Source: a virus
Taxonomy: Duplodnaviria > Caudoviricetes
Virus record (IMG/VR): IMGVR_UViG_3300042291_001013
DNA length: 64,000 nt
Reading direction: 5' to 3' (one strand)
The position numbers were made by a program, and so were the translations under genes. Positions 37,205 to 46,944 of this stretch are shown here, one piece after another (positions within the stretch are counted from its first letter, which is position 1; every line of letters starts with the position of its first letter). Under the pieces are notes generated by a model, which saw only the letters and a program-made list of their open reading frames with translations, did no database searches and was not told where the DNA came from.

Positions 37205-37456
37205 TTAAAACCGCAATTTTGCAAAGAAAATCCACTGTTCGTAGTTCTTGATCTGCTCCTGCAAGCGGGTTTCAATTTCTGTGTACTTTTGTGTTACACA
37301 TTTACGCCTGCGACATTCTACACTTTCTCGGCTGAGCTCTTCGCAGATTCTCCGACAATTTTGGTACATTTTGTCCAGGTCCTTGCGAGCTTGTCGCAGG
37401 TGACTTTTGAGTGCGGCTTCTGTCCGCAATTCTTCTAGCCGTTTTGCATAATCCAT
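37205..37456 (-). CDS. hypothetical coiled-coil protein
   Basis: Promoter TTGGCC-N17-TACAAT lies 6 nt upstream. Confidence 0.6.
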   Translation of the reverse strand: MDYAKRLEELRTEAALKSHLRQARKDLDKMYQNCRRICEELSRESVECRRRKCVTQKYTEIETRLQEQIKNYEQWIFFAKLRF

Positions 37457-37581
37457 GTCACTATTGTAGCATCTTGGGATTTATTGGCCAACCTAGTGGT
37501 TTGTCACTAAACTCAGTGAAAACCATGGGTTTTGTTGAAGTGCAACAGCGACTCATGGTAAATACTGATGAGGAGAAAACC

Positions 37582-37749
37582 ATGTCTGAACTGATGACAA
37601 AATTATTAGAACGCTTGGCCGAGATGTTTCCAGGTGAGAGATACCAATCTCGATTGGATGCATACATTACTAGCAGACGTCCATGTGACGTATTTGATGT
37701 TGAACGATTTGAACAAGAGTTCAACAAGGAATTCAAGGGGTGGATATGA
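37582..37749 (+). CDS. small hypothetical protein (DUF3563-like)
   Basis: TAAATA and AGGAG upstream; RLDAYI..DVFDVER pattern. Confidence 0.55.
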   Translation: MSELMTKLLERLAEMFPGERYQSRLDAYITSRRPCDVFDVERFEQEFNKEFKGWI

Positions 37750-37832
37750 AACAAGTATGGAATGCCCTAATAGCCTGGGCTGAGACAATGGCCAAGTATC
37801 GCAAGGCCACTCGATATCACGGATACTACTGA
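37746..37832 (+). CDS. 28-aa peptide (not in ORF track)
   Basis: MKQVWNALIAWAETMAKYRKATRYHGYY; ATGA coupling. Confidence 0.45.
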   Translation: MKQVWNALIAWAETMAKYRKATRYHGYY

Positions 37833-38074
37833 GGTTCTAGTAACCATCCCTGTCCTGACACTTGATGATACCATCGATAAAAAGGTTCAGAGATAGTTAA
37901 CTTGCCATCAATAGTTAGGTACTGATACTTGGGCAATATTTCAATGCTGTCAACGGTTACTGCATCGTTGACGTTGAATACCAAATGGTCATGCAGACCA
38001 CAAGTGGCAACTGTGTTATTAATTGAAACAGTCAAGTGCTGTTCAGTATCCAGCAGATCTAAAAAGTTCTTCAT
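37826..38074 (-). CDS. hypothetical protein, partner of the radical SAM gene
   Basis: Overlaps the radical SAM 3' end. Confidence 0.55.
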   Translation of the reverse strand: MKNFLDLLDTEQHLTVSINNTVATCGLHDHLVFNVNDAVTVDSIEILPKYQYLTIDGKLTISEPFYRWYHQVSGQGWLLEPQ

Positions 38075-39308
38075 ATTCTGGTAGACAGGTTACAATACTG
38101 TTGCCGCGCCTGGATTCAAGTTGTTTCACAAACTTTACTAAATCTGGCAAGCGACTACTTTCATCTGGTGCATTTTTTAAATAGTTTACATAACTTTGTA
38201 AATCTTGCACTATTTGGTTGTGTGCTTGATTTGGATCACGGATGTTTAACACCACACTACCTCCAGCATCTCGATCAGCAATCCATTGCTCAAACTGAGA
38301 AATCACTTGCGCCCTGAATTCTAAGGGCAGTACTGAAGGTCTCATGAATTCTGGACGGTCTAAAAAGTTACAACTCTCAACAGCAATGCCATGATCGTAA
38401 GCATAGTCGTACACACTTAACAAATGTCTAACTGACAATGCTGTGGGCGTAGTACGAAATTGCATTAACCAGTTGTGTTGCTTGGATAACTTTTCCCACT
38501 TATCTAATGTTTCGTATATTCTAGGCAAAGTTGCAGGCCAACGTACATAATCATTTACGGTGGTGAATGCTTCTATACTCATTCCAAGATTAACGCCGCT
38601 AAACTTTGTTAATAGGTCAACAACTTCTTGATCCCAGGTAATAAGATTGGTAGTGAATCCAATAGTAGCTGTTTGGTGTAGTCCGGCTCGAATTAGTGAT
38701 TCAAGAATAATTTTAAATGCCGGTGTGATTAGAGTTTCGCCGCCAATGAAATGCAGATATTGTATGTGCGAGCTCTGTTCCAGAGTGTGAATAAACTTGT
38801 TTACCAACTCAGGATCATCAGTCCAGTTAGGTAACGGCAACTGATCAATAAAGCCCAATTGTTTCCATTCAGTGGCCAATCTTGAACTAGATTCCGGTTC
38901 GCAAAACACACAAGCAGAATTACAATAATTGCCAAGATCAATTTGCCAGTCCTGCGGCAACTGTGTAAACTCCGCAGACTTGAACGTTTCTACCCAGGGC
39001 GAACTCGCCAGAGTTTTTTCAAACTGTTCCAGCCTAACGCCAACTTTAAGTAACTGTTTTTGCCTACCGCTAACCTTGTTGTGCTGTTCCATCAAATGGC
39101 ATTCTCTACAGCCCGGTGGTGCTGATCCATTCAACATACCTGCTCGCACACTGCTCATGTGCTGTTGGAAAAATTCTAGTGGAGAAACATCTCGTATGTT
39201 GGACTGTGAAACAGTTTTGTCCGCCCATCTACAATATGTCATACCACCGTTGTTGGTGATACGCATATGGAGCCAAGGGCTAGAACAAAACTGATCTTTT
39301 AATGTCAT
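38043..39308 (-). CDS. radical SAM protein with N-terminal twitch/SPASM-like domain
   Basis: CSSPW..C..CREC; [11 protein letters not shown]; HFIGGET. Confidence 0.85.
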   Translation of the reverse strand: MTLKDQFCSSPWLHMRITNNGGMTYCRWADKTVSQSNIRDVSPLEFFQQHMSSVRAGMLNGSAPPGCRECHLMEQHNKVSGRQKQLLKVGVRLEQFEKTLASSPWVETFKSAEFTQLPQDWQIDLGNYCNSACVFCEPESSSRLATEWKQLGFIDQLPLPNWTDDPELVNKFIHTLEQSSHIQYLHFIGGETLITPAFKIILESLIRAGLHQTATIGFTTNLITWDQEVVDLLTKFSGVNLGMSIEAFTTVNDYVRWPATLPRIYETLDKWEKLSKQHNWLMQFRTTPTALSVRHLLSVYDYAYDHGIAVESCNFLDRPEFMRPSVLPLEFRAQVISQFEQWIADRDAGGSVVLNIRDPNQAHNQIVQDLQSYVNYLKNAPDESSRLPDLVKFVKQLESRRGNSIVTCLPEYEELFRSAGY

Positions 39309-39892
39309 TGTCGTGTAGTTAGGATTTTGTCAGCAAGACCATACTCAACTGCTTCGCCAGCAGTCATAAAGAAATCACGCTCCATGTCTGCTTGCAGTTG
39401 CTTGCGAGTCTTGCTGGTGTGTTCTACGTATATATCTGTCAGTACTGACTTCCAACGCAACAGTTCTCGTGCTTGGATTTCAACATCTGTTGCCTGTCCT
39501 GATGCACCGCCCAAGGGTTGGTGAATCATGTGTCGTGCGTTGGGCAGGATATAACGCTTGCCCTTGGTACCGCAGGTGGCCAACAGTGACCCCATGCTGG
39601 CAGCCTGTCCCATCACAATAGTACTAATGTCGGGCTTGATAAATCGCATGGTATCATAGATGGCCATGCCTGCTGTGACTGACCCGCCCGGTGAGTTGAT
39701 GTACAAGCTGATGTCCTTGTCAGGATTTTCACTTTCTAAAAACAACAACTGAGCCACAATTAAGCTGGCACTGTGTTGGCCAACTTCACCATCTAGCATG
39801 ATCACACGGTCTCGTAGCAGTCGGCTGTAGATATCATAACTGCGCTCGCCTTTGCTGGTGTGCTCAATAACGATGGGTACTAAATTACTCAT
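39305..39892 (-). CDS. clpP: ATP-dependent Clp protease proteolytic subunit
   Basis: [36 protein letters not shown]. Confidence 0.95.
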   Translation of the reverse strand: MSNLVPIVIEHTSKGERSYDIYSRLLRDRVIMLDGEVGQHSASLIVAQLLFLESENPDKDISLYINSPGGSVTAGMAIYDTMRFIKPDISTIVMGQAASMGSLLATCGTKGKRYILPNARHMIHQPLGGASGQATDVEIQARELLRWKSVLTDIYVEHTSKTRKQLQADMERDFFMTAGEAVEYGLADKILTTRQ

Positions 39893-39943
39893 AAGGTCTC
39901 CTTGTAGATAGCATAAGTATAGCATAGATTCCTGGAAAAACCA

Positions 39944-41548
39944 ATGCGTGATTTACTCAACTTACTCGATAAAGTAGCTTTGCCCTTGATTGAAGGGGTA
40001 GGACTGTCCAATCGCAAGCCTGGCGAACGATTCAAAAACTCTGTAGAAGATATTGTTACCTTTCAAGGTTTAGAATTTTACCCACAATCAGGTGCTTACC
40101 CTGCTGATCAATTGCAGGACGCTGTGGCACAGATTGCGCAACAGATGGGCATAGGAATTGAGCAAATCCACTGGACCAATGCTGAACCACCTGGTGGTGC
40201 TGGTTTTGGTATTGCTTCGTTCACAGGCGAGGATGGTAATTCGTACTACCTGGGTCGCTACTTTAAGAATGTTAGTCCAAATCGTACACAAAACAACTTC
40301 CCACATGATGCTATTCCTGGTGACTTCAAGTACCAAAGCAAAGCAGGACAAAAGGAAAACTCTGGTCTCAAGCCCAGTGAATGGTTGACCCAATTCAAGG
40401 ACAACACTCCTGACACAATTTTACAACAGTGCATTGCCAAGTTTGGTGCAGGCAGTTCAGAAGCAACAGCATTAGATGCATTTATCAATGGAGATGTTCC
40501 GTTGCAAGTAGCCCGAGGCATGATGAATGCCGGTGCATTCCGTGACTACTTTGCTGAAGTACTACAACCCATTGCCTTGGTCATGGGCAAAAATGTATCA
40601 GGTAATGCCGCAGAAGCTGCCAGCATTTTCTTTGGCACAGGCGCAGACTATAGTGATTGCACAATCAGTTTTAATTCTAATACCATTGGTGGCCTGTACG
40701 ACAGTTTGCTGGTGAGTCCCCAAGGCAAACAGATCAAGCTGTCTAGCAAAGGCAAAGACGGTGCGTCAGCATCGGTGACCAACTTGCAGAAGAGTGTGCA
40801 AGAACTTGCCAACGTTCCTGCCGGTAAAAAGTTGCTGTCAAATTTTGCAAACGAAATTGACATACTAAACACCATTGAAAAACAAGGACACTTTGGTGCT
40901 CCACTCAAGTTGGCTGTTCAGTATGGCATGATTACCGACAAAGAAGCACAACAAGTAATGAGTCTCAAACAATACGGGCCCAATGATCAAATCATTGGCT
41001 CGGGCATTCTTAGTAAAAAATTAGAAGGCATGTATCAAGGACGTAATGCTAGAGACGCAAGTCGTATCATTCCCATTGAGCATTTGACTGCGGCCATTGC
41101 TTACAAAGTTGCTGACCATGTAAACAAAAACACCAACTTTGGCAGTGCGGCATCTCAGATTCTCAACAATGCGGCTCTGGTGCAAATGTACACTGACACC
41201 AAAGACGATGCTGAGACCATTACCATAACCAAACTCACTGCGGTATATCCCAGCCAGACAGTTACTGGTGTGTTATTGGATGCTTCAAAGGTGTACTTCT
41301 CCACAGGTGGCAAAGGCAACTACACGTTTACTATTTTGAAAAATGGTGCCACGCCACAAGATGTCAGTCCTGTAGATGGTATTGACAGTATTGAAGGAAC
41401 AGCCCCAGCCGTGCCGGCTACAAACGACCAATTGGATCAAGCTGTAGCACAGCCCAGACTGCGTGGACCTGGAGCCAAGATAGCAAAAACTGCCGCTGAA
41501 CCTAACTTTGACGAAAAAGTGCTAGGTCGTAAGAAACAAACTCGTTAA
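39944..41548 (+). CDS. large hypothetical protein (possible virion internal protein)
   Basis: 534 aa; LIE near the N-terminus; YDSLLV..IKLSSK. Confidence 0.6.
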   Translation: MRDLLNLLDKVALPLIEGVGLSNRKPGERFKNSVEDIVTFQGLEFYPQSGAYPADQLQDAVAQIAQQMGIGIEQIHWTNAEPPGGAGFGIASFTGEDGNSYYLGRYFKNVSPNRTQNNFPHDAIPGDFKYQSKAGQKENSGLKPSEWLTQFKDNTPDTILQQCIAKFGAGSSEATALDAFINGDVPLQVARGMMNAGAFRDYFAEVLQPIALVMGKNVSGNAAEAASIFFGTGADYSDCTISFNSNTIGGLYDSLLVSPQGKQIKLSSKGKDGASASVTNLQKSVQELANVPAGKKLLSNFANEIDILNTIEKQGHFGAPLKLAVQYGMITDKEAQQVMSLKQYGPNDQIIGSGILSKKLEGMYQGRNARDASRIIPIEHLTAAIAYKVADHVNKNTNFGSAASQILNNAALVQMYTDTKDDAETITITKLTAVYPSQTVTGVLLDASKVYFSTGGKGNYTFTILKNGATPQDVSPVDGIDSIEGTAPAVPATNDQLDQAVAQPRLRGPGAKIAKTAAEPNFDEKVLGRKKQTR

Positions 41549-42120
41549 CGAGTCAGTTGGCTGATGTGATCACAGATGCCCAGTTGCAAGGCATCATCCG
41601 CACCTAGATAAACATCATGCGGTGGCAACAGATGTTGCTTGATTTGGTCTTCGCTTAGACCTGTACAATCTATGTAGTGCTGTACCATGCGTTTTTGTGT
41701 GAGTTCAAACTCTTTAATTGTGGCCAACAGTTCATGATGTTTGCCATCACTGCCCCAGGCATACTGGTGACTCATGATTGATGTATTGGGAGTAAGAGTT
41801 CTACGTCCCGGTGTTCCTGCCAAAAAGATCAACAATCCGGCACTGGCAATTTGCCCCAGACCCACAGCTTTGATTGGAATGAGAGAACTGCGCATGACAT
41901 CAATTAGTGCAAATGCCGAACTCATATCCCCACCTTCTGAACAAATCATCAGCAAGAGTTCTTTGCGTTTTCTCTTGGCCACAAAGTTCTCGTGCAGGAT
42001 CCACTCAATTATGGGTTTGATGTTGTCATCATCAACTTCGCCCATGAAAACGTACATTCCTGCGTCGGCCAAGGCTTGGGTATGAGTCTGCTCAATTGTT
42101 TGTGTGGTTTCGGTGGTCAT
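41545..42120 (-). CDS. divergent ClpP-family (S14) peptidase
   Basis: ICSEGG, QIASAG (Ser), MSHQ (His), D.YL.A..AL.LGI.D. Confidence 0.8.
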   Translation of the reverse strand: MTTETTQTIEQTHTQALADAGMYVFMGEVDDDNIKPIIEWILHENFVAKRKRKELLLMICSEGGDMSSAFALIDVMRSSLIPIKAVGLGQIASAGLLIFLAGTPGRRTLTPNTSIMSHQYAWGSDGKHHELLATIKEFELTQKRMVQHYIDCTGLSEDQIKQHLLPPHDVYLGADDALQLGICDHISQLTR

Positions 42121-42131
42121 TTTAAAGTAGA

Positions 42132-42157
42132 GAAAGCGGTGTTTTGGCACCGCTTTT
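42132..42157. terminator. terminator hairpin
   Basis: AAAGCGGTG-ttttgg-CACCGCTTT. Confidence 0.65.
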
Positions 42158-42170
42158 ATTTATACGCCGT

Positions 42171-42995
42171 TTATCTAAGTGTAATTTGTCCAACTACAGC
42201 ACCGGGCTTTTGAAGGGCCTCGTCCCGACGCCGCTTGTATTCAGCATTGTCCACGTCCAGTAATTTTATGTCACCCTGCGATGTTGGGGCAGATTCTGTG
42301 GGTTTTTCAGGTACCACAACCGGTGTCACCTTGCTTTGCGGGGCCAAACTGCGCTCTAGTGCTTGGTCAGCGTTTTGCTCACGTTTGGCATCGGCCGCTT
42401 CATTCTTGTCCATGTCACGTTCTGCGGCACGACCACGTATGTCGCCTTCACGTTGTAAACGAGACTGATCTCGACGTGTTTGGATTGCATTGGCCGCTCC
42501 CACGGGCAATCGCAACAGCACATAGACCTTGTAGGCTTGGCCATCATGAGTGACTTGACTGTCTACTCGTTGTGCTCCACTAAGCTCGCCGCGAGCATTT
42601 TTGCGTGTGACCTGCTGGTAATTCTCAACCATGGCCTGGCCACGATCAGCTCGGTAGCTGTTGGTCTGTGTGGTAATTCTAGCATACATCTGCTCAACCA
42701 GCTTGCGTTCTGCTGACATACGTGCTTTGTCGTATGCCATTTGCTCATCGCTGGATGTAGCTGTGCCCACTGCAAAGGTCATGTCTGCGGTATCTTCGGG
42801 CATGTTGACAAACCAAGCAGGAGCCTGTGCCACTGTGCGAGCCTGACGCTGGGGCAGGGCGTAGGGATGTGATACCAGTGCCTGTGCCACAGCCACTGGC
42901 TGTGCTGGCAAGGGTGCCGGAGTATCAACTGTTTTGGGATTGCTACTGCATGCCGCCAATGTTGAAACAGCCACAGCCAAAATTGAATATTTCAT
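42171..42995 (-). CDS. LPP20-like lipoprotein
   Basis: Lipobox LAAC; PAWF..AVGTA..AYDKAR..A. Confidence 0.65.
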   Translation of the reverse strand: MKYSILAVAVSTLAACSSNPKTVDTPAPLPAQPVAVAQALVSHPYALPQRQARTVAQAPAWFVNMPEDTADMTFAVGTATSSDEQMAYDKARMSAERKLVEQMYARITTQTNSYRADRGQAMVENYQQVTRKNARGELSGAQRVDSQVTHDGQAYKVYVLLRLPVGAANAIQTRRDQSRLQREGDIRGRAAERDMDKNEAADAKREQNADQALERSLAPQSKVTPVVVPEKPTESAPTSQGDIKLLDVDNAEYKRRRDEALQKPGAVVGQITLR

Positions 42996-43039
42996 GATTA
43001 CCTCTAGTGAGTTACAATACAAGTAGTTTAACACAGTTG

Positions 43040-43606
43040 TCAAAATTTGTCAACGACTACCCAATCCGTTTTGCGAATCTGGCAAATGATGCCTTGGTAG
43101 TTGTGGATGTCCTGTCCGGTAAAGGAAGGTTCAGTAAACCAACGACATCTAGTGCCGTTGTGCCAGAACTCATTGGGAAAATTTGGATGCGGTCTAAATT
43201 GATGTAGCTGAGCATGCACACCAATTGCTACGTTTCGAGCTGGATTGAAATCGTCACGATCTGTACACACCATGACCCTTTGCGTGGCCACTTGGCTGGG
43301 TCCTGCTTGCTCACGTGCATGACTGTCTGCTCGAGTTTGGGCAATACCACATGCTTCGGCACTGGGACGATCTCCTGGCCAATCATGATAGCCTGAAGCC
43401 ATGTACCATGCACTGCCAATACGTGCTTGAAAGCTGACTTCACAGCGTTGATACCCGGCCAGTCCTGGCGTTGGCACAACATGCTGACGAATGCCCGAAC
43501 GTTCTTGTATTTGCACATTGCTGGCAGTGCTGGTGCGATCAGTCAACACACAGGCCGCTTGTACTGTTACAGGCAGTAATGCCAAAATTACTAGACGTTT
43601 TAACAT
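43040..43606 (-). CDS. secreted Cys-containing protein
   Basis: Signal peptide ..VQA-AC; several Cys pairs. Confidence 0.6.
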   Translation of the reverse strand: MLKRLVILALLPVTVQAACVLTDRTSTASNVQIQERSGIRQHVVPTPGLAGYQRCEVSFQARIGSAWYMASGYHDWPGDRPSAEACGIAQTRADSHAREQAGPSQVATQRVMVCTDRDDFNPARNVAIGVHAQLHQFRPHPNFPNEFWHNGTRCRWFTEPSFTGQDIHNYQGIICQIRKTDWVVVDKF

Positions 43607-43944
43607 TCTGCCAGTTCCCGAAGTAGGTAGTTGATGTATTTGTTGGGATTTCCATGAGCCATGTCATAGTTGACCAAGTAAACTCTAGGGTTGGTCACCA
43701 GTTGGTCGCTACGCCACATCAGTCGCATACGTGCGGCAAACTGTTCTTCTTGAGAGAGTCGTTGTCTTTGCAAGAATTCAATTTGTTCTTGTTTGCGACG
43801 GCAATCAACTTGATAGTAGTTAAGGTCCATGGATGTCATGGGCACTCGTTCAGGCATGGGTTGCGTTGCACAGCCACTAAACAGGCTGACAGTGATAACG
43901 CAGATGCCAAATACGGTAACGAATTTGCGCACGGTAGTCTTCAT
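43600..43944 (-). CDS. lipoprotein
   Basis: Lipobox FSGC. Confidence 0.6.
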   Translation of the reverse strand: MKTTVRKFVTVFGICVITVSLFSGCATQPMPERVPMTSMDLNYYQVDCRRKQEQIEFLQRQRLSQEEQFAARMRLMWRSDQLVTNPRVYLVNYDMAHGNPNKYINYLLRELAEC

Positions 43945-44122
43945 AGGCACGTTCATTTTGCAAGGGTTGACGAGGAACAGCCAGCTGGGTTTGATACCAG
44001 TTTATAATGGCCACGCGGTTGGCGCAGTCAGTGGGCATCACTGCTACTGACGCAGGAACACGTTGGTCGTAAGTGCTACAACCAACAAGTGATAACAGAA
44101 CCATGGCTAGAATTGTTTTCAT
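43877..44122 (-). CDS. lipoprotein
   Basis: Lipobox LVGC. Confidence 0.6.
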   Translation of the reverse strand: MKTILAMVLLSLVGCSTYDQRVPASVAVMPTDCANRVAIINWYQTQLAVPRQPLQNERAYEDYRAQIRYRIWHLRYHCQPV

Positions 44123-44125
44123 TCC

Positions 44126-44317
44126 TTAACATTCTACGTCTATGTGACGTCCTTTGTCCGAGTCCAAACGAACATTTCGTGCAACACGTTCTGCAATGAT
44201 TCTATCAAAGTTGCGTTTCTCAACTACCTTGCGATAGTCTTCTTCACGCCGGTCTTGCAATTGAATCCGTTCCTGCCGATGCATCTGTAAGTTATGATCA
44301 ATTCTAGCAACGTTCAT
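44126..44317 (-). CDS. hypothetical charged protein
   Basis: ATGA coupling with the ArfA-like gene. Confidence 0.6.
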   Translation of the reverse strand: MNVARIDHNLQMHRQERIQLQDRREEDYRKVVEKRNFDRIIAERVARNVRLDSDKGRHIDVEC

Positions 44318-44463
44318 TCTTCAACTCGATTCTTGTGCTTGAGCTTGCGCTTAAAAACTGTTTTGGGCTGTTCCACACGACCGCGGAACGGCAGGTCTGA
44401 ATCGAACAGGGCTCGATGTCGACGTTCCTTTACAGGTGCTAGTGTGAAATGTATCGGCTTCAT
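44314..44463 (-). CDS. ArfA-like alternative ribosome rescue factor (49 aa, not in ORF track)
   Basis: MKPIHFTLAPVKERRHRALFDSDLPFRGRVEQPKTVFKRKLKHKNRVEE aligns by eye with the ArfA core [31 protein letters not shown]. Confidence 0.62.
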   Translation of the reverse strand: MKPIHFTLAPVKERRHRALFDSDLPFRGRVEQPKTVFKRKLKHKNRVEE

Positions 44464-44472
44464 AGTAGTGTA

Positions 44473-44501
44473 ATTATAGCAAAACAAGATTTATTGGTCA
44501 A
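44473..44501 (-). promoter_or_regulatory. early promoter TTGACC-N17-TATAAT, 9 nt before ATG
   Basis: Read directly. Confidence 0.78.
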
Positions 44502-44728
44502 GTGTTGGGTTCTGCATTGCAAAACTGCCAAAATTTAAAATCTGCATCACGCAGGCCCAACAGTTGGCCTTCAAAGTCTCTGTAGGTACAGCAACCATAG
44601 GCCTCGGGATATGACCAACTGCCTGATTCCGCGGCCTTGCGGTATCGAGTCACAGCAGCCTTGGCTGGGCCCGGCTTCTTGTAGTACTTGACTAAGCGGC
44701 CGGATTTATCGTAGACTACCCATCCCAT
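44498..44728 (-). CDS. hypothetical protein
   Basis: Stop overlaps the next -35 box. Confidence 0.6.
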   Translation of the reverse strand: MGWVVYDKSGRLVKYYKKPGPAKAAVTRYRKAAESGSWSYPEAYGCCTYRDFEGQLLGLRDADFKFWQFCNAEPNT

Positions 44729-44746
44729 ATCAATAATCCTTTTTGA

Positions 44747-45010
44747 TCAACCAAATTCGTACATGTACTGGGCAACCCTTGGATCCATCTTGATCAGATC
44801 TTTTGCCGCGGCAGTCAATGCACGATAACGAGCTTGTACTTGACTACGGGGCAGTTCGCCATCGCAGGTTAAATTTTCAGGACTCAATGCAGAATCAATC
44901 ATTTGGGCCACTTGCTTGCGGCCTTCAAAAGTGTCAACTTCATATTGACGACTTTTAAAAATTGCATTGTACTGATTTTCACGATCAATATAGGCTTGTA
45001 GTGCTTTCAT
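44747..45010 (-). CDS. conserved phage hypothetical protein
   Basis: SPENLTCDGEL motif; promoter at 45041-45069. Confidence 0.65.
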   Translation of the reverse strand: MKALQAYIDRENQYNAIFKSRQYEVDTFEGRKQVAQMIDSALSPENLTCDGELPRSQVQARYRALTAAAKDLIKMDPRVAQYMYEFG

Positions 45011-45040
45011 GTCTGGCTCCTGTTTGCTGTTTAAGTGTTA

Positions 45041-45069
45041 ATTATAGCAAATTGGGAATTTTTGGTCAA
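45041..45069 (-). promoter_or_regulatory. repeated early promoter TTGACC-N17-TATAAT
   Basis: Read directly. Confidence 0.8.
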
Positions 45070-45074
45070 CCGTG

Positions 45075-45100
45075 AAAAAGCCCCAAATTCTGGGGCTTTT
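45075..45100. terminator. terminator hairpin
   Basis: AAAAGCCCCA-aattc-TGGGGCTTTT. Confidence 0.75.
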
Positions 45101-45117
45101 AGAGTAGTACTAGAGTA

Positions 45118-45390
45118 TTACTTTTTAGAAGTTGCTGTGTAAGCCTTCATGATGCCTTCGCCAAATTTCACATAGTCAAATTTGGTAGTTTCTTGCACGG
45201 CTTTCACAGTTTCGCTGGCCACAGTGGTTGCGGCGTCTGTGGTAGCTTTGAATGCTTTTTTGGTGTATTCGGCTTGGTTGTCAATGAACTTGATCATTGC
45301 GTCTTTTACCAATTCGTTTGTGACGAAAGTGTTAACCCAAGTTCTTTTACCGGTTTGTACGGTGTCGATAAGTGCGTCTGCTGTAAACAT
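45118..45390 (-). CDS. phasin-like amphipathic helical protein
   Basis: Helical A/T/K-rich 90 aa resembling the phasin family; SD AAGGAG. Confidence 0.5.
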   Translation of the reverse strand: MFTADALIDTVQTGKRTWVNTFVTNELVKDAMIKFIDNQAEYTKKAFKATTDAATTVASETVKAVQETTKFDYVKFGEGIMKAYTATSKK

Positions 45391-45395
45391 AGTGT

Positions 45396-45413
45396 TCTCC
45401 TTAATTAAGCAAG
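45396..45413 (-). promoter_or_regulatory. ROSE-like SD-occluding element (UUGCU...AGGAG)
   Basis: TTGCTTAATTAAGGAG before ATG. Confidence 0.5.
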
Positions 45414-45533
45414 TTTGCTATAGGACCCGGCCTATCCAGCGTCCTATGTACTATTATATATGACAATTATGTTGCATTGCAACAATTATTTCTAGTGAAT
45501 GGTCACTAATAAATAACTGCATAGGAGACAAAT

Positions 45534-45842
45534 ATGTTACGATTTTTAAAAGGCTTTTTTGGCAAGGTTCGCCCGCCCGAAACCACTGCACCATACAAGA
45601 TAGACCCACCTGCACCACTCATGCCAACTGTGGTTGATATGTCCGTTTTCCCACATCTCACAGTAGACGGGCACGGAGATGTGCATGAAACCAAAAAGCC
45701 AGTGGCCAAAAAGCCAGTAGCTAAAAAACCTGCGGCTGCAAAAACACCGGCTGTTAAAACGCCTAGAACACCAGCTGTTAAACCCCCTGCAAAAACACTG
45801 GCTGTTAAAAAGCCCAGCCCCCGAAAACCCAGCACAAAATAA
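45534..45842 (+). CDS. Lys/Pro/Ala-rich histone-like protein
   Basis: KKPVAKKP repeats; TAAATA and AGGAG upstream. Confidence 0.6.
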   Translation: MLRFLKGFFGKVRPPETTAPYKIDPPAPLMPTVVDMSVFPHLTVDGHGDVHETKKPVAKKPVAKKPAAAKTPAVKTPRTPAVKPPAKTLAVKKPSPRKPSTK

Positions 45843-45866
45843 AAAAGCCCCGCAAGGGGCTTTTTT
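45841..45866. terminator. bidirectional terminator
   Basis: AAAAAGCCCC-gcaa-GGGGCTTTTT. Confidence 0.8.
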
Positions 45867-45888
45867 CTACTCAATTGTTGAGGTTGGT

Positions 45889-46890
45889 TTACTTGATCTG
45901 TGTCCAAACACGTTCACGGATTTGTTTTGTTAGTGCATCAGGCAAACTCACATAGTCTAGGTCCACAGCATCTTTCTTGCCATTCTTGAATGCCCAGTCA
46001 AAGAACTTTAGTACTTCGTCGCTGGTGGCCTTGTTCTTTGGCTCTTTGTACATGATGATAAAACTTGCCGAACTTATTGGCCAAGCATTGGGATTCTTTT
46101 GATCCACGATGCTCAGGCCCATGCCAGGAACTGAAAACCAGTCAGCACCGTCTGCGGCAGCCGCAAATGTTACATCATCTGGACTAACATACCGGCCTGA
46201 TTTGTTTTGTACTTGTAAGAATGTCATTTTGTTTTGTTTAACATAAGCATACTCTACATAACCAATTGCACCCTTAACTCTAGTCACGTTGGCTGCAACA
46301 CCTTCGTTGCCTTTGCCGCCCAATGAAGTGGCAGCTGGCCATTTGACTGCGGGACCACGACCTACTCGAGCCAACCACTCGGGGCTGACAGTGGCAAGAT
46401 AATCTGTCCAGTTAAATGTTGTGCCAGAGCCATCAGCACGATGAACAATGGTAATAGGTTGATCTGGTAACTGCTTACCTGGATTCAATGCTACAAGTCT
46501 AGGATCATTCCACTTGGTGATGTTGCCCAAGAACACATCAGCTAGTACTGGGCCAGTGATACGTAGTTCACCTGGCTTGAATCCGTCCAAGTTGATCACA
46601 GGAACTGTTCCGCCAATGATAGCTGGGAATTGAATCTGTCCGTTCTTGTCTAAGTTCTCTCCGCTAACAGGCGCATCAGTTGCGCCAAAGTCCACGGTCT
46701 TGGCATTGATTTGTCTAATGCCGCCTGAACTACCAATACTCTGGTAATTTAAACTTACTCCTGTGGCTTTCTTGTATCCTTCGGCCCACTTGTAGTAGAT
46801 TGGGTACGGGAAAGTTGCACCGGCACCCACAATATCCGCTTGTGCAGTAACGGCGACTGCGGCTAATAAAATTGCTAATAGTTTGTTCAC
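45889..46890 (-). CDS. pstS: phosphate ABC transporter substrate-binding protein
   Basis: GAGATFPYP, YQSIGSSGG, RADGSGTT, GAIGYVE. Confidence 0.95.
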   Translation of the reverse strand: MNKLLAILLAAVAVTAQADIVGAGATFPYPIYYKWAEGYKKATGVSLNYQSIGSSGGIRQINAKTVDFGATDAPVSGENLDKNGQIQFPAIIGGTVPVINLDGFKPGELRITGPVLADVFLGNITKWNDPRLVALNPGKQLPDQPITIVHRADGSGTTFNWTDYLATVSPEWLARVGRGPAVKWPAATSLGGKGNEGVAANVTRVKGAIGYVEYAYVKQNKMTFLQVQNKSGRYVSPDDVTFAAAADGADWFSVPGMGLSIVDQKNPNAWPISSASFIIMYKEPKNKATSDEVLKFFDWAFKNGKKDAVDLDYVSLPDALTKQIRERVWTQIK

Positions 46891-46944
46891 GTGGTTCTCC
46901 TTGTTGTGACAGATTTATTTAAGGAGAATCATATTACAATTTTG

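Noticed and set aside
22823-45069. GGTTGACC as an integron attC core
   Set aside because: It does not fit GTTRRRY, there are no attC stem-loops, and no integrase is present. It is better explained as a -35 box.
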